Shown here: piece by piece, positions 1 to 12,542 of the stretch | Layout of the letters: each line of letters begins with the position of its first letter | Position numbering within the stretch: position 1 is the first letter of the stretch | DNA from: Dipteris shenzhenensis | Taxonomy: Eukaryota | NCBI GenBank assembly: GCA_047967505.1 | Contig: CM106538.1 | Reading direction: 5' to 3' (one strand) | Length of the DNA: 64,000 nucleotides | Notes under the pieces: generated by a model | Databases searched by the model: none | What the model saw: the letters and a program-made list of their open reading frames with translations, nothing else | What the model was told of the DNA's origin: nothing | Translations under genes and position numbers: made by a program

Positions 1-240
1 GTACGTCTTCGGGCCTGATTCGTATTATTACCACTCTTCAAGTCAATGCAACTGAAGATGGCTGATCCCTCTAATCGATCCAAAATATCATCAATGCGTT
101 GGATGGGGGGAATCGATTCTTGATAGAGATCTTATTCAAAGCCCTATAATCAATACACATTCTCCAAGATCCATCCTTCTTCTGCACCAATAGGATGGGA
201 GAGCAATATGGAGAAGAGCTTGGCTGAATCAGCCCTAATG
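1..240 (-). pseudogene. Ty3/gypsy reverse transcriptase remnant (runs off the left edge)
   Basis: Manual minus-strand translation gives [43 protein letters not shown]/(frameshift)[25 protein letters not shown], the canonical gypsy RT N-terminal motifs. Confidence 0.85.
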
Positions 241-446
241 CTTGGAACCAATTTTTAAAGCATGACCCTAGTGAACTAGACCAATGACCTCAAAGAACAG
301 AACCACTCTAATAGCACTAGGAGTTACACTTGTTGCACATAAAATATGAGGTACCCTTTGGACTTAACTAATGCCCCTAGCTTGGCAACCCTAGGCCAAA
401 TTCAGTGACAGTTAGTTTAATCACTTCGCCATCACGTCCCCGTGAC

Positions 447-2720
447 ACAATCATGTGTGCCAACTATGTGCTCAACCGAGCACCCACTCAGGCATTGAAG
501 AGCATGACTCCCTATGAAACATGGACAAGTCATAAGCCTGTCATTTCTCACATGTGGATGTTCGGGTCTCTTGCGTATGTGCATGTAGCCTCTCAGTTGA
601 GGCATAAGCTTGATGATAAAGCTATCAAATGCATCTTCATTGGCTACATCTCACAAAGCAAAAGTTACAAGTTGTTTCAACCTAGCACATGCAAGGTGAT
701 TGTCAGTAGGGACATGGTTATTGCTGAGCATGCCCCTTTACCTTGGCTGGACTGTAAAACACAGCCTTCAGTGGAAGCCTCTGATGTGTTTAATTCTATT
801 CCGCGTTTCACAAATACAGATGACACAGTGCAGAGCACCATGCCACATGTTTCTAGCAGAGCCAATCCTCCTCCCGTTGCTCTTGCTCAGCCTGATTTTC
901 CATCGCCAGATGGCCATGCTATCGAGCAAGCAATTCAAGAGGAGAGGGCTGTCATCATACAGTAAAAATCAGTCCCTCGTTGGTTTTGTATACCCTCAGG
1001 GACAGCAAGCAGACTGAGCCTTTGCCTACCCGCACTAGAGGTGCGCACAAACAAATGCAAGGCAATTTTTTGCCTGTAGCTTTGATTGCCACTACCTGTA
1101 ATGAGGAGCCGTATGTCACAAAGATGCATTTGAAAGTCATGAATGGATGCAGGCCATGAGAGCTGAACTTGATTCCATTCAAGCAAATGGCACATGGGAC
1201 TTGTGCAGGCAAGTATGCATCTGCACAAAGTGGGTTTACAAACTGAAGCACAAAGTTGATGGCAGTGCTGATCGCTACAAAGGTCGCCTTGTTGCGAAAG
1301 GTTAAGCCCCACAGCATGGTATTGACTTTGAAGAGACATCTACTTCCACTTCACGCATCACGACCATTCGTTGTGTCATTGCTCTTGCATCACACAAGCA
1401 TTGGGCGGTTCATCAGTTGGACATCAAGACCACCTTTCTTCACGGGGATTTAGTGGAAGAGGTCTATGCCACTCAGCCTCCAGGGTCTGAAACTAAGGTA
1501 TGCCAGCTTTAAAAAGCTCTTTATGGTTTGAAGTAGGCACCACACGCATGGTATGCCAAGATACATTCTTTTCTGCTGTGCCTTGGGTTTCATAACAGCC
1601 CTACAGAGGCTACTCCTTATGTCCGGAAGAGTGAATCAGAATTTCTGGTTTTGATTCTATATGTGGATGACATGGTTATCACTAGGCCAGACTCGCAGAA
1701 ATTTGCAGATTTCAAAGCTGATTTGCAAACATCATTTGCAATGACAGACATGGGTCGGTTGCACTATTACTTGGGCATCCAGTTTGCATATGTTGAGGGG
1801 GGTATAATGATGAGTCAGTCCAAGTACATTGGACAGCTCTTAGACCACTCCCAGTTTGAAGATTGCAAGCTAGTTTCTACACCATTGGGGCCTGGTTTTC
1901 GTTTCTCCTCTGAGGATGGGAGTGCACCATTTGATGCCACCCTTTATCAGCAGGCTGTGGGCTGCCTTATTTATTTATGTCATACACGAGTGTTGTCCCA
2001 CTGTGGCAACTGTTTCATGCTTGGATCCTCATGCATTATGGTTCAGCAAGAAGCAGCCTACATTTGCTACTTCTAGTTGTGAAGCTGAATACAGGGCAGC
2101 CTTCAACAGCTACAGTAGAGAGTGTCTGGCTTCGTAAGCTACTCACAGATCTTGACATCAGCCAGCCAGCTTCTACTACCATCTACCAGAGTGCTTCAAG
2201 AAACCCAATGTTTCATGCGCGCACAAAGCACCTTAAGGTTCATTATCAATATGTTCGAGAGCGACTGTCAGCTGGAGAAATACAGTGGTCCTATGTTCCC
2301 AAGGAGGACAACTTAGCAGATCTCTTCACGAAGGCTCTACCACGGCCCAAGTTTGAGGCTTTTCGGCATGCCTTACACTTGGCACCATTTATTACATGAT
2401 GTTGATCTCCCTATACTATCATAGGTTGCTATATCCAATTTTGGACGAATATGTGCAACCATGATATAGTTTCCAGGTATACCTACGATGTATCCACGAT
2501 ACTTCATCCAAACCATGGAGGGGGGTTTGTTAGCACTTAGCCCTGGTATGGCCTTGTAGGCTAGTCTTAGGACTCAGTCAACCCTTAGGGTTGACTTTAG
2601 GCCATATAGGCCACCCCTTTGTACTCTCTCATTATCCATTTGCAAGTACTTCGTGTTCCTTCAGCTTCTTGTTTGCTCCCTTGCACTCCACTCCCATTCC
2701 ATTGCTTCCCGCACCCAACA
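447..2720 (+). mobile_element. 5'-truncated, decayed Ty1/copia element: integrase C-terminus, RT, RNase H, PPT and probable 3' LTR (~2528-2720)
   Basis: ORF pieces: ANYVLNRAPT..TPYETW..FGSLAYVHV..KLDDKAIKCIFIGY (integrase end); ILYVDDMVI (RT); SSCEAEY..HARTKHL..ADLFTKAL (RNase H). Polypurine GGAGGGGGG at ~2517-2525 is followed by TGTTAG at 2528, with CCCAACA ending at 2720. Multiple frameshifts and stops. Confidence 0.88.
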
Positions 2721-3014
2721 AAATCTGCCCACAAGGGAGGTGGAAAATGAGCAGCATGTACTCCTAAGATGCCATGCCTATGCACACATCAGAGAAAGAT
2801 ATGAAAAATCTGCTAGAGCAGCTAGACAAAGCTAGGAAGGTATCTAAAAGAAGTTTTGGAACACTACAACAAGATACTTAAACCAGCACACAAGCTAGCT
2901 CAACAATTACTAACTACATGACAAGTCTATAGTATTTTCTTTCGCCGGATGTAAAAGATCACACCTGTCCCATAGAAGGTCTCAAGAGGACTTTGATACA
3001 ACCATATCATATCA

Positions 3015-3031
3015 TCTCTCTCTCTCTCTCT

Positions 3032-3062
<31 letters not shown>
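3015..3062. repeat. (CT)n microsatellite
   Basis: Interrupted TC dinucleotide run read directly. Confidence 0.9.
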
Positions 3063-3688
3063 ATTGCATGACAAAAATTGCAGATATTGGCATTCGCCAT
3101 TCACCAAGGATAATTTGCAGCTCCAACCCACACAATAGAGGAATTTCAGGAATCATCGCTAGCACTAGACGTCTGTCACCATTTTAGTAAGCCTATGAGT
3201 CAGCTACCATACACTGCCCGGCCATGAACAAGCAGCACATTTCCAGCACCTCTTATTGGAGAATTAATGAGGTTTCTAGTTCCACATTCAAGAACAATAT
3301 AAAACACAATTCTTAAGGGGGGGGGGGGGAGAGCTCCTCTTTGGAAAGCTGAAAATTGCTATGACTCTCAACCATGACATGAGCGCAGAAACTAGGAGGG
3401 GATGACAACTTACTTGTTCATTGAGATAACACGTTCTGTACTGCAAGACTGTCAGATAATTCAACTTACATTTGGGAGATATGCATGTTGAGAGGCACAT
3501 GTCAACAAACCATGAAGTGGATTTCATACTCCAAGGTAAAAAGTGCCTTATGCTGATTTCTTCCAAGTGCTTATCGTCCCTAATCTATGGTGTATGTTAC
3601 CAATGATAATTTGGTGAGGCACTCACATGTGAGGATTTAGAATATGCACATCATGGCCAAGACAAGGAAAGAGCTCACTAAGTATGTT

Positions 3689-6600
3689 TGTTGGAATGGT
3701 CACCTCCCCATCTGTAAGCCCCCATATGAGGAGAGCACGGGGGGGTTGAACCTAGGCAGAAAAGATAAGGGAGGGGGTTGCCACATGGGCAGCACCTCAC
3801 AGGGAAAGGACAGCCATAAGGGGCTGCCACATGGGCAGCACATGAGCTGTCATGTGGGTAGCACAGCGGCCTTTCAGAGGCGCTTCAAGGGCTGTCTGTA
3901 CGGGCTGGAACAGGCCCCGAATAGAGGTGGACAGGTGGCGCAACTGTACGGAGCAATACGGAGGGTGTGCAGACCCGGGACAGGTGGCACGCAACTGTAT
4001 GGAGCAGTACAGGGCTGGATGAGGCCTGTTGGAGCAGCAAAGGAGGCTGCCATGAGGCAAGGACCTGCCTTTATATAGGCTGGGCCCTTGCCTTGATTGG
4101 AGGGCCAAGGCCCTAGAAGAGTGGGCCCAAAAGGCCCCGGTTTGTGAGCCCTAATAGGGCTGGACTAGCCACAGACTGGTCGGCCAGTTTGGTGCAGGCT
4201 GGTCAGTTTTTGCCAGCCCCCTTGGGGCCTATAAAAGGAGAGGCATTTGGCCTCATTCATCATCACTTGAAGCAGCATTTGGGGAGCAGACAGCAGCAGC
4301 CACAGGCCTACCCTTGGACCTACACACAGGACGAGAAGGAGGCTGACATAGGGCTGCAGACTGAGCTCAAGGTGCTGCCCACCTAGGCTGGCTTCCGGAC
4401 AGCAAGGTGGAAGGGATCTAGACAGAGAGTCTACATATGCTCGAGGTGGAGCATGCGGGCTCAGAGATCTAGAAGTGTCAGGCTTGTAGTAGAAGGACCT
4501 TTTGGTATTGTATCCTGTCCTAGTTTTTGGACGGATGGAAATATAAAGTGTTGCTTCTATATTTGTCTCCAAGCATTGTCTATTTACTCGCTTGCACATC
4601 TTTGCACATAAGAAGTTTGTAATTCCACACCCACACGCACACTGTGTGAGCTCCTGGGCATTACTATCAGTCTTCCGCTGTGCGTGCCCTCTGTTGGGTC
4701 ATTTCTAACATAGTATCATAGCCCAAGTAGGAGGCTCACAGGTGTGGGAGACTGAAGACAGGGACCTTGCTCAAGGATAAACCTAATTCAAATGCTCTTG
4801 GGAATCGACTTCCACAACTGGAGGATGCGAGAAGGAGGGTGATTCAGGTTCAGACAGGTGCGTTCAAAGTTCTAGTCTACTAAAAATTGAGTTTGGTTGA
4901 CTTTGCTGTGTGATATAACAGAAGAGATGTCGACCTCTACAGCCTCTTCAACCCCTGCTCTCCCTTCCTCCTCCCCCAGATTTCTCTCATTCACTATCCC
5001 TGTTTTCGAAGAGTCTGGGAAACTAGACGGGACCAACTACCCGATCTGGAAGGTGAAAATCCGGAGCCATTTAGTGGCTCGGAAGTTGTGGAAGCTGACA
5101 ACGGGAGTGGATGCGAAGCCGGAGGACATGGTGGACAGGCAAGGGAAGATAGTCATGGCAGTGGACAGAGAGGAGCTCGAAGCTTGGGAAGACAGAGATG
5201 CCCATGCCCTAGCATTAATCATAGGGACTACGTCGAACTCTGTTCTTCCACATATCCAGATGGCCGAGACGTCAGTAGAGGCGTGGGTCACTCTGAAGGA
5301 TCTATACGAGACGGACAACACCTCCCGTATTTTGCTTCTTCAGCATCAACTCTACAATCTTGATATGGAAGGAGATACGGTACATAGCCACTTGAAGAAA
5401 GTCAAGGTGGTGAGGGATCAGCTGGCAGCAGTTGGTTAGAAGACAAACTCATGCCATTTGGCCTTGATGTTACTGAGGAGACTACCTCCGAGTTTCAAGA
5501 GCTTTGTTACGACCGTGACAACAAGACCAAGGACCAAACCTTTGACGTTTGAGGAGTTGGGTCCCTTGCTGCTACAGGAAGCTCGAGAGAAGCTCTACAA
5601 TGACGACAAAGACGACAAGGCGATGCTGGCAAAGGATTACGCTGGGCAAAGGAAAGGGCGAGCCTAACGGTGGCAAGTGCAAGAAAGACGACGAGGAGAC
5701 TTCAAAGAGGAAGCAAAAGAAGAAGTGCTTCTACTGTGATATGCCAGGACATTTTGCAAATGACTGCAGAAAGAAAAAGGCGGATCGAAAAAACAAAAAG
5801 GAGTCAACTCAGATTCAGAGGGAGAGGCCAAAGCAAATGTGGTAATCAAAGAGTTGTTCCTAGTGACATCACTGAGTGTTACCAAGGTCAGATATGTTGA
5901 CCAAGAAATCACAGTGAGGATGTCCGACATAGAGATATGGGTCGATGAGGAGTCAGATGCCTTTGTGAAGGTGAAGGACAGCATTGGAGCGCTTGGTACC
6001 TTCCATGTGCGTGGCTGTTGACACTAACACAAGGGTGGATTCCATGGAGGGCCCTGGGGTCTCATGGTCAGATGGATGATGTACTTCAAAAGGGGACAGT
6101 ACAGGATTACACAGGCTCTTTGCTTTCAGAGCAAACACACAAGCAGTACCACAGTCTGGTATGTACTTGATATTTTGCATTTAAGCCTTTATAGCATGCT
6201 ATGAAAAGACTCTGCTCTTCATTTATCTTAGGTGATACGAGATTGGAAGGAATTGGCCTTCTTCGAAGGCAGAAGGGGAAGTATTGGTGCTTCTTCAAAT
6301 CTCGGATGCAGATTGCTTAGAAGGTGATGGACAAAGACTACTGAAGCCAAAAGAGTACCTGCTTGAGAACTCAGCGAGAGTTCATGGTCCAGGTTATCTG
6401 AAAATATTCATTGGTTGCAGACCTTGCCAAAAGAAGGACAGGTTGAAACAAACCCTCAGAGCATGGTGCCTCGAAGACTCCAGGTTGTTCACTCATTATG
6501 AGGGGGACAACTGGAAGATCGTGATGGCTGGATTGCTCAAGTTCCAAGACGGGAACATGACTGAAGGAGGTGGTGCCAGGAGGTACCTGTGTACCAGGAT

Positions 6601-7793
6601 GGTGTGCGGAAGCGGAACAAGACCTAGTGGAGCAGGGGCCACTGGATAAAAAGCCAGGAAAAGATTTCGACATCGAAATGTTCCAGAGGACTACGACCAG
6701 ATAGTTACTGGAGCATCCTCATCGACGTGTCGGCATTGGGCCTAGATGTGTCGGTTAGAGGGGGTGTTGGAATGGTCACCTCCCCATCTGTAAGCCCCCA
6801 TATGTGGAGCGCATTGGGGGGGGGGGGTGAACCTAGGCAGAAAAGATAAGGGAGGGGGCTGCCACATGGGCAGCACCTCACAGGGAAAGGACAGCCATAA
6901 GGGGCTGCCACATGGGCAGCACATGAGCTGTCATGTGGGCAGCACAGCAGCCTTTCAGAGGCGCTTCAAGGGCTGTCTGTACGGGCTGGAACAGGCCCTG
7001 AATAGAGGCGGACAGGTGGCACAACTGTACGGAGCAGCACGGAGGGTGTGCAGACCCGGGACAGGTGGTGCGCAACTGTACGGAGCAGTACGGGGCTGGA
7101 CGAGGCCTGTTGGAGCAGCAAAGGAGGCTGCCATGAGGCAGGGACCTGCCTTTACATAGGCTGGGCCCTTGCCTTGATTGGAGGGCCAAGGCCCTAGAAG
7201 AGTGGGCCCAAAAGGCCCCGGTTTGTGAGCCCTAATAGGGCTGGACTAGCCACAGACTGGTCGGCCAGTTTGGTGCAGGCTGGTCGGTTTTTGCCAGCCC
7301 CTTGGGGCCTCTAAAAGGAGAGACATTTGGCCTCATTCATCATCACTTGAAGCAGCATTTGGGGAGCAGACAGCAGCAGCCACAGGCCTACCCTTGGACC
7401 TACACACAAGACGAGAAGGAGGCTGACATAGGGCTGCAGACTGAGCTCAAGGTGCTGCCCACCTAGGCTGGCCTCTGACAGCAAGGTGGAAGGGATCTAG
7501 ACAGAGAGTCTACATATGCTCGAGGTGGAGCACACGGGCTCAGAGATCTAGAAGTGTCAGGCTTGTAGTAGAAGGACCTTTTGGTATTGTATCCTGTCCT
7601 AGTTTCTGGACGGACGGAAATATAAAGTGTTGCTTCTATATTTTTCTCTAAGCATTGTCTATTTACTGGCTTGCACATCTTTGCACATAAGTTAAGAAGT
7701 TTGTGATTCCACACCCACACGCACACTGTGTGAGCTCCTAGGCATTACTATCAGTCTTCCGCTGTGCGTACCCTCTGTTGGGTATTTCTAACA
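3689..7793 (+). mobile_element. Non-autonomous gag-only LTR retrotransposon with a copia-type gag; LTRs 3689-4710 and 6765-7793
   Basis: ~1.02 kb direct repeats bounded by TG..CA. Degenerate tRNA-Met PBS TAGTATCATAGCC at 4711; PPT AGAGGGGG before 6765; TSD ATGTT/ATGCT (1 mismatch). The interior encodes a broken gag with no recognisable PR, IN or RT. Confidence 0.9.
4928..5845 (+). pseudogene. Disrupted copia-type Gag (UBN2-like capsid region plus CCHC zinc knuckle)
   Basis: KLDGTNYPIWKVKIRSHLVARKLW..AWVTLKDLY..LLLQHQLYNL, then LLRRLPPSFKSFVT, then CFYCDMPGHFANDC; split by stops and frameshifts. Confidence 0.85.
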
Positions 7794-8011
7794 ATGCTCA
7801 CTCATCAGAATGAGAAGCAGGGAGATTAGAGACACGTGCTACAAAACTCTTCCCTTCTGGAGTATCGAAGTCCTAGCAAACCTGTCTCAAGTACTAATAT
7901 AAGGATAATAAAAGCATTAAAATTATGAATGTCTCCATATACTTAACTGAGATGTGGGGCATGTAATGCTTAGCAGGGTTTAGAAGTTTGAGAAAAGGTC
8001 AAAGCACGAAC

Positions 8012-8447
8012 CTTCAACATCTCTTGCACGGATGTCTTTCCATTTATGCCCAGAACCATTCTTGCTTCATGCTCTGTCATTGCCTTACTTGATTTTATTG
8101 CCATATTCTGTACAGTATCTTGTGCAACTCCTGTCCTTGATGCATCTGAAGTGATCAAGAAGCACATAATTGGTAAATCACTAAAGAAATATGTTTTTTG
8201 ATAAGCACTCATGAACCTTTTCTTGAAAGTATGAAATACTTAAAAGGTCGAACCTTGGCACGAGATGTTATGCAACTTACTAACGATAGCTTGACGATAA
8301 GCTTGAGAGAATGCTCTGATTAGAACCCCAGATCCCAAAACTAACAGATTTGCAATGAGTTTACCAGCCTGTAGCCCAAGTACAGATTCAGCTCTTTCTC
8401 TCTCTCTCTCTCTCTCACACACACCTCTTTCAGACCAGAAATACCAT
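8012..8447 (-). CDS. PAM16: Mitochondrial import motor subunit PAM16-like (partial: coding exons 8445-8447, 8281-8368, 8012-8145; final exon not found)
   Basis: GT-AG spliced translation MAGKLIANLLVLGSGVLIRAFSQAYRQAIVNASRTGVAQDTVQNMAIKSSKAMTEHEARMVLGINGKTSVQEMLK matches plant PAM16 (MAGRLLANLIVMGSG..QAYRQA..NASK.GVAQE..MTEQEARQILG). Exon phases 0/1/0 are consistent. The C-terminal KYD..GSFYLQSKV exon is not seen in the window. Confidence 0.88.
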
Positions 8448-10637
8448 GATGGTTAGTGGACCTATGGCGACTGAAACAAAAATTCGGTAAATTGGCAAGA
8501 CACTAACTTGTTAAGCAACAAATGTTTGGAACACAATCCACCGATTCTATGGTGGTTTGGTGATTTAAAAAGCATTTTTCATGTGACATCTCAAGGATAT
8601 GTAGTCTTTCAGAGGTATAGTATGGACCTCGGATTTTGCCCTAACCCAGATCAAAGCCATTCCTGTAACCCAGATCAAAGCCATTCTTGAAGACACTATG
8701 GACTCCTCCGTTGATTTTTCCCCTAAACGTTGATTTTTCCGCTTCAATCAGAGCTGCAGCTCTCGACGCATGCCAAGGAGCAGTTTTCGCCTTCCCCTTT
8801 TCTCCTTTCAAATGGTTCGATCTTTCATTCACAGTTTGCTCCCTCGACGATTTGAGATTCCACATCAAAGGTCTGTGCCCTTGGCGGTTCAATCTGCCTC
8901 TTAAGATTTGCTCCCTTAGCACAGGTCCTTCATGCTGGTGGCTCTGGAGGAAATCAGGTTCCTTTTGATGCAAGTCTAAGCAGGTATTTTCCGTTGAACT
9001 GTAGTGAGGGTTTGGGATTGGCTTTCGCCTCCCACCTCGCAAGCAGGGTTTTGTAGGATTTTTTCTAGAGGCTTGGGATGGAATGATTGTACTTCGGGCT
9101 ATCTTGTTTTGAATATAAAACATATTACTTTTTTATTTTAATATAATCAAGGTGTAATATGCATTGATGTAGATGATGCCACCAACAATGCATTTTTGTG
9201 AAGAATATGTGTAGCCTATCACCTCTCCATAGCTATTGGTGAAACTGGGTTAAGAATAAGAGGCATGCAAGGTGAAAGAATAAGAAGAGCCAAGGCGGCT
9301 TGATTTGTAAAATATGTTTTTGGCTTGCAACTTTAAAATTATACATTAGTACACATTGTTGGATCTTGAGACATGCATCTCTTACTGAAGCAATACTATG
9401 GTGGAAGCATTGAGACATAGAGAGAAAAGATGAAGGCTTAACACCATTGCAAGTGCAGCTGACAGTTGTGTTTCAGGCCTTCAAACTACCACCAAAGGGT
9501 ATAACTAGATTATTTGGATATCTTACAGGATTGGAATCATCCGTCATATTTGAGTTACTACAAGTTGGTCATTTCCTAGGACAAGAATAGATGGCCCATT
9601 TGAGCATGTAGCTCAAACATAAGTTGATGCTTTTTGAGATACACATCTTAAGACCTAGTAGATGACCACAAAGATTAAAGAGATGTTTGAGGAGGAAAAG
9701 ACCAACTTGGAAGTTCTTTTGACCCTTCAGCAGGGTAGACCAACGAAGAGGGAGGTTCCAACAAACCATCTACATCTCAGGAAGCTTTGAAACAAAGAAA
9801 TCGAAGATGGACATGCCATGCATATGCCGACATTGTGAACAAGCCATCAGAAGGAGGCAGTGAGTATAATATAATTGCAAAAGGTTCAGCTATGGAAAAA
9901 CTATTGAAGATGATATTGGCATGCTATCTAATGCCCATGTGCACAAAGACCAAAAGGAATTTGATGAAAACATAGACAGACGAGTTGTCTTCTAGTTTGA
10001 GCACAAACGGTTGAACTAATCAAGAATGCAAAGCACCTTGGAGAACTATTAGTATATTAGCAACGTTAGAAGTCTACCGCTGAGGTCCAAGCAATTGAGA
10101 CGGTCGTAAAGGAGACATAGGAGCCCTATTTTATAATTTGGGAACCATGTGAGGAGCTGCCCCCAAATATTTCAATAAGCGCTGCAGAAATGTGATGATG
10201 TATTGTTAATCAACCTGTTAAAACCGTTGCAACGAAGAAGGGGGGAATTGACACCAAAGTTGTCAAAAGAGCATTTGTGCGCATGGTGGAGATAGCCTAG
10301 GTGAAAGCGTGGTGCTGATGAAGAAAGACTATATAAGATGTGAGGTTGGAGAGACTTTTTACTCGGAAAATTCCTTGCATGACTTGAGGCATAGCATTTA
10401 TATATGTAAGAAACTCAAATTTCGTGTAGAATAGTTTCTAACTTCTACAATTTCAGTTCTTAGTAGACCTTGTCTCTGTCCTTTCGCCAATTTAATCAAA
10501 ACCACGGCACGGTTCACATGGAGGTTTAGTCTTAACTGAAGAAACCCATTCATAAGGTAAAGGAAATCGTTCGAAATACGCTCGCAATTTATGACCCAAG
10601 AAAGGTACCTATTGGAAACAGGGACAGAACAGCATAC

Positions 10638-10935
10638 CATGGCCAGCACGATCGACAAGCCGACTGGAACAAAGCTAACTTGCAGAAACAAATGATAAGG
10701 GGTGTCGAGAACTGTGCAAGAATTTGCGCAGAGATGCAGATACTCGTAATTTTCTGCTTTGAGCCGTGATGTTCAAGCGACGTGCAAAGATTGACGTAGC
10801 TATATATAGGGCGCCTGAGGTCCCCTTTGACGCCCGGACGAATTTCCGCGGGGGTCCGAAATAGGGAGAGGCCCACTGAGTAGGGAGAGGGAGGGGGGGC
10901 ACCTTTTCCCCTCATAAAATGGCTTGTGGGCCCGG
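10638..10935 (-). promoter_or_regulatory. Probable PAM16 promoter and first exon: TATA-like TATATATAG (~10800-10808), TGGGCC site II-like motifs (~10871, ~10927), donor GCCATG|GTATGC at 10638/10637
   Basis: CpG-rich island in otherwise CpG-poor DNA. The TATA and site II motifs point toward PAM16; site II elements are known in promoters of nuclear genes for mitochondrial proteins. Assignment to PAM16 is inference. Confidence 0.45.
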
Positions 10936-12542
10936 GTGGACGGAGTAGGGAAAGGGCGAGGGGATTCGCCTTTCCCCTACACGCCCGCTCGCCATTTTAA
11001 GAGGGGGAAAGGTCAGCAGCCCACTCACCATTTTATGAGGAGCCCACTTGCCATTTTATGAGGGGGAAAGGCGGACCCCTCCCCTTTCTCTTCCGTCAGA
11101 GGCATGGGGAGCGTGCCACCTGTCCTATTCTGAAAGCGGGCAGTTGTTTTTCGAGCAAGGTGTAGATTACGATTAAAGAAATATTAATCGAACGGCTGAG
11201 ATCGCATGACATGCGACCCTAGCCTTTGACGAGATAGGGAAGGGACTTGGGGACCCAGGATGGCAACCTCTATGACAATGATGTCTAGGGACTTGGAGAC
11301 TCCGGTGCCATTTGATGGTGTATGTTAAGTGAGGATTCTCCCTTGCAGTTGCATGATCACATTTAACCTTTGCATGGCTTGAATTTTGATAGTGCACATC
11401 GTGAGATAGGGGACTCGAGTGGTTCTTCGTTCCCCTGTCCATGCACAATGGACGACTCCTGCAATTTCTCTTGCCCATGTTCATGCTCTACTTCCTCGTG
11501 GACATTCTAAATCACTAATTAGAATTTCTAAGTTTCAAGAAAACTCCAACCATATGAACATGCATTAGTCACCTATTGGTTGAAGACCAAATTAGTTCAT
11601 CCATATATATATTTGATCGCATACCTGACCAAAGCACATGCTTGCTCTCATGTATTCGTCCCAACAGATACTCCTTTTCTTTCTCCTGCTTGAACAGGGA
11701 CCCTACACAAAGCAAGGGCCTCACCACTTGCTAATGGCAGAGGGACCCTACAATATGGAGCTTCACTGCCTCCCATGAGTCAAGAAAGACTAGTAGGGAC
11801 CCTACACAAGCAAGGGTCTCACCGCATGATAAGGGATCAAGAAAAATAAAACCACCTTTTTGTTAAACCAAAAACCCAACTTTGTGTAGGCTCACCAATC
11901 GCAACAGCAGTGCTCGGGACACCCATACCCAATGTAAGATTTAGATCAAATGTATGGGTGATCTGTGCGGAAGTCTCTGATCCAAGCTCCAGAAAAGTAG
12001 ATGGTGCTGCATGAACCTGCGAAAAACGTGGAGAATCTGTATCAATTTATCCCTCATGAAATGAAGAGTCAAGTGGCTTGAGAGAATCCTCTCCTTGATG
12101 GACTGTAGCAATAATGGAATCGGTGAGTGTGCTAACCACTTGGGAGACAATTGTAAGATCAGCATATGGGGTCACCAGAGAAGATGTCCGAGCATCTGAG
12201 AAAACATTTGACAAAAGAGAGTAGAGCATGTAGAAGTGGGACCCACACCAAGAGAGCCATGAAGGGGGGATGGTGGAGGGGTGGATGTAACACTGAGGGA
12301 AAGAGGCACGGATGTTGGAGATCAAACTTATAAGTTATAAGGACACTAAACTCAGGCGACAATAGCCAAAGGGGACAAGGTGACCCAAGAGACTCTCATG
12401 GAGCCAAGCTCCTTGAACCACACAAAGAGGAAAGATCAGCCTTCCTCAAAACCACATACTATAAGCTTTGACATGGTTTGTTGCATGGCCAATAACCATG
12501 TGCACCCCTTCTAGATCTTTTGGTAAAAACCCTCCTAAAGGT

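Noticed and set aside
345-380. Plus-strand YEVPFGL/TNAP resembling the gypsy RT motif MPFGLTNAP
   Set aside because: Only ~35 bp, frameshifted and opposite in strand to the adjacent RT relic; too short to annotate.
2925-2966. Minus-strand terminal-exon-like stretch (CAG|GTGTGATCTTTTACATC.. VIFYIRRKKIL*)
   Set aside because: Does not match the PAM16 C-terminus and no upstream partner exon can be assigned.
3644-4599. 100-144 aa ORFs on both strands (repeated at 6827-7726)
   Set aside because: They lie inside the GC-rich LTRs and show no recognisable domain.
8641-9123. 160-aa minus-strand ORF upstream of PAM16
   Set aside because: No recognisable domain; more likely 5' UTR or intron sequence, and it ends in a 21-bp tandem duplication.
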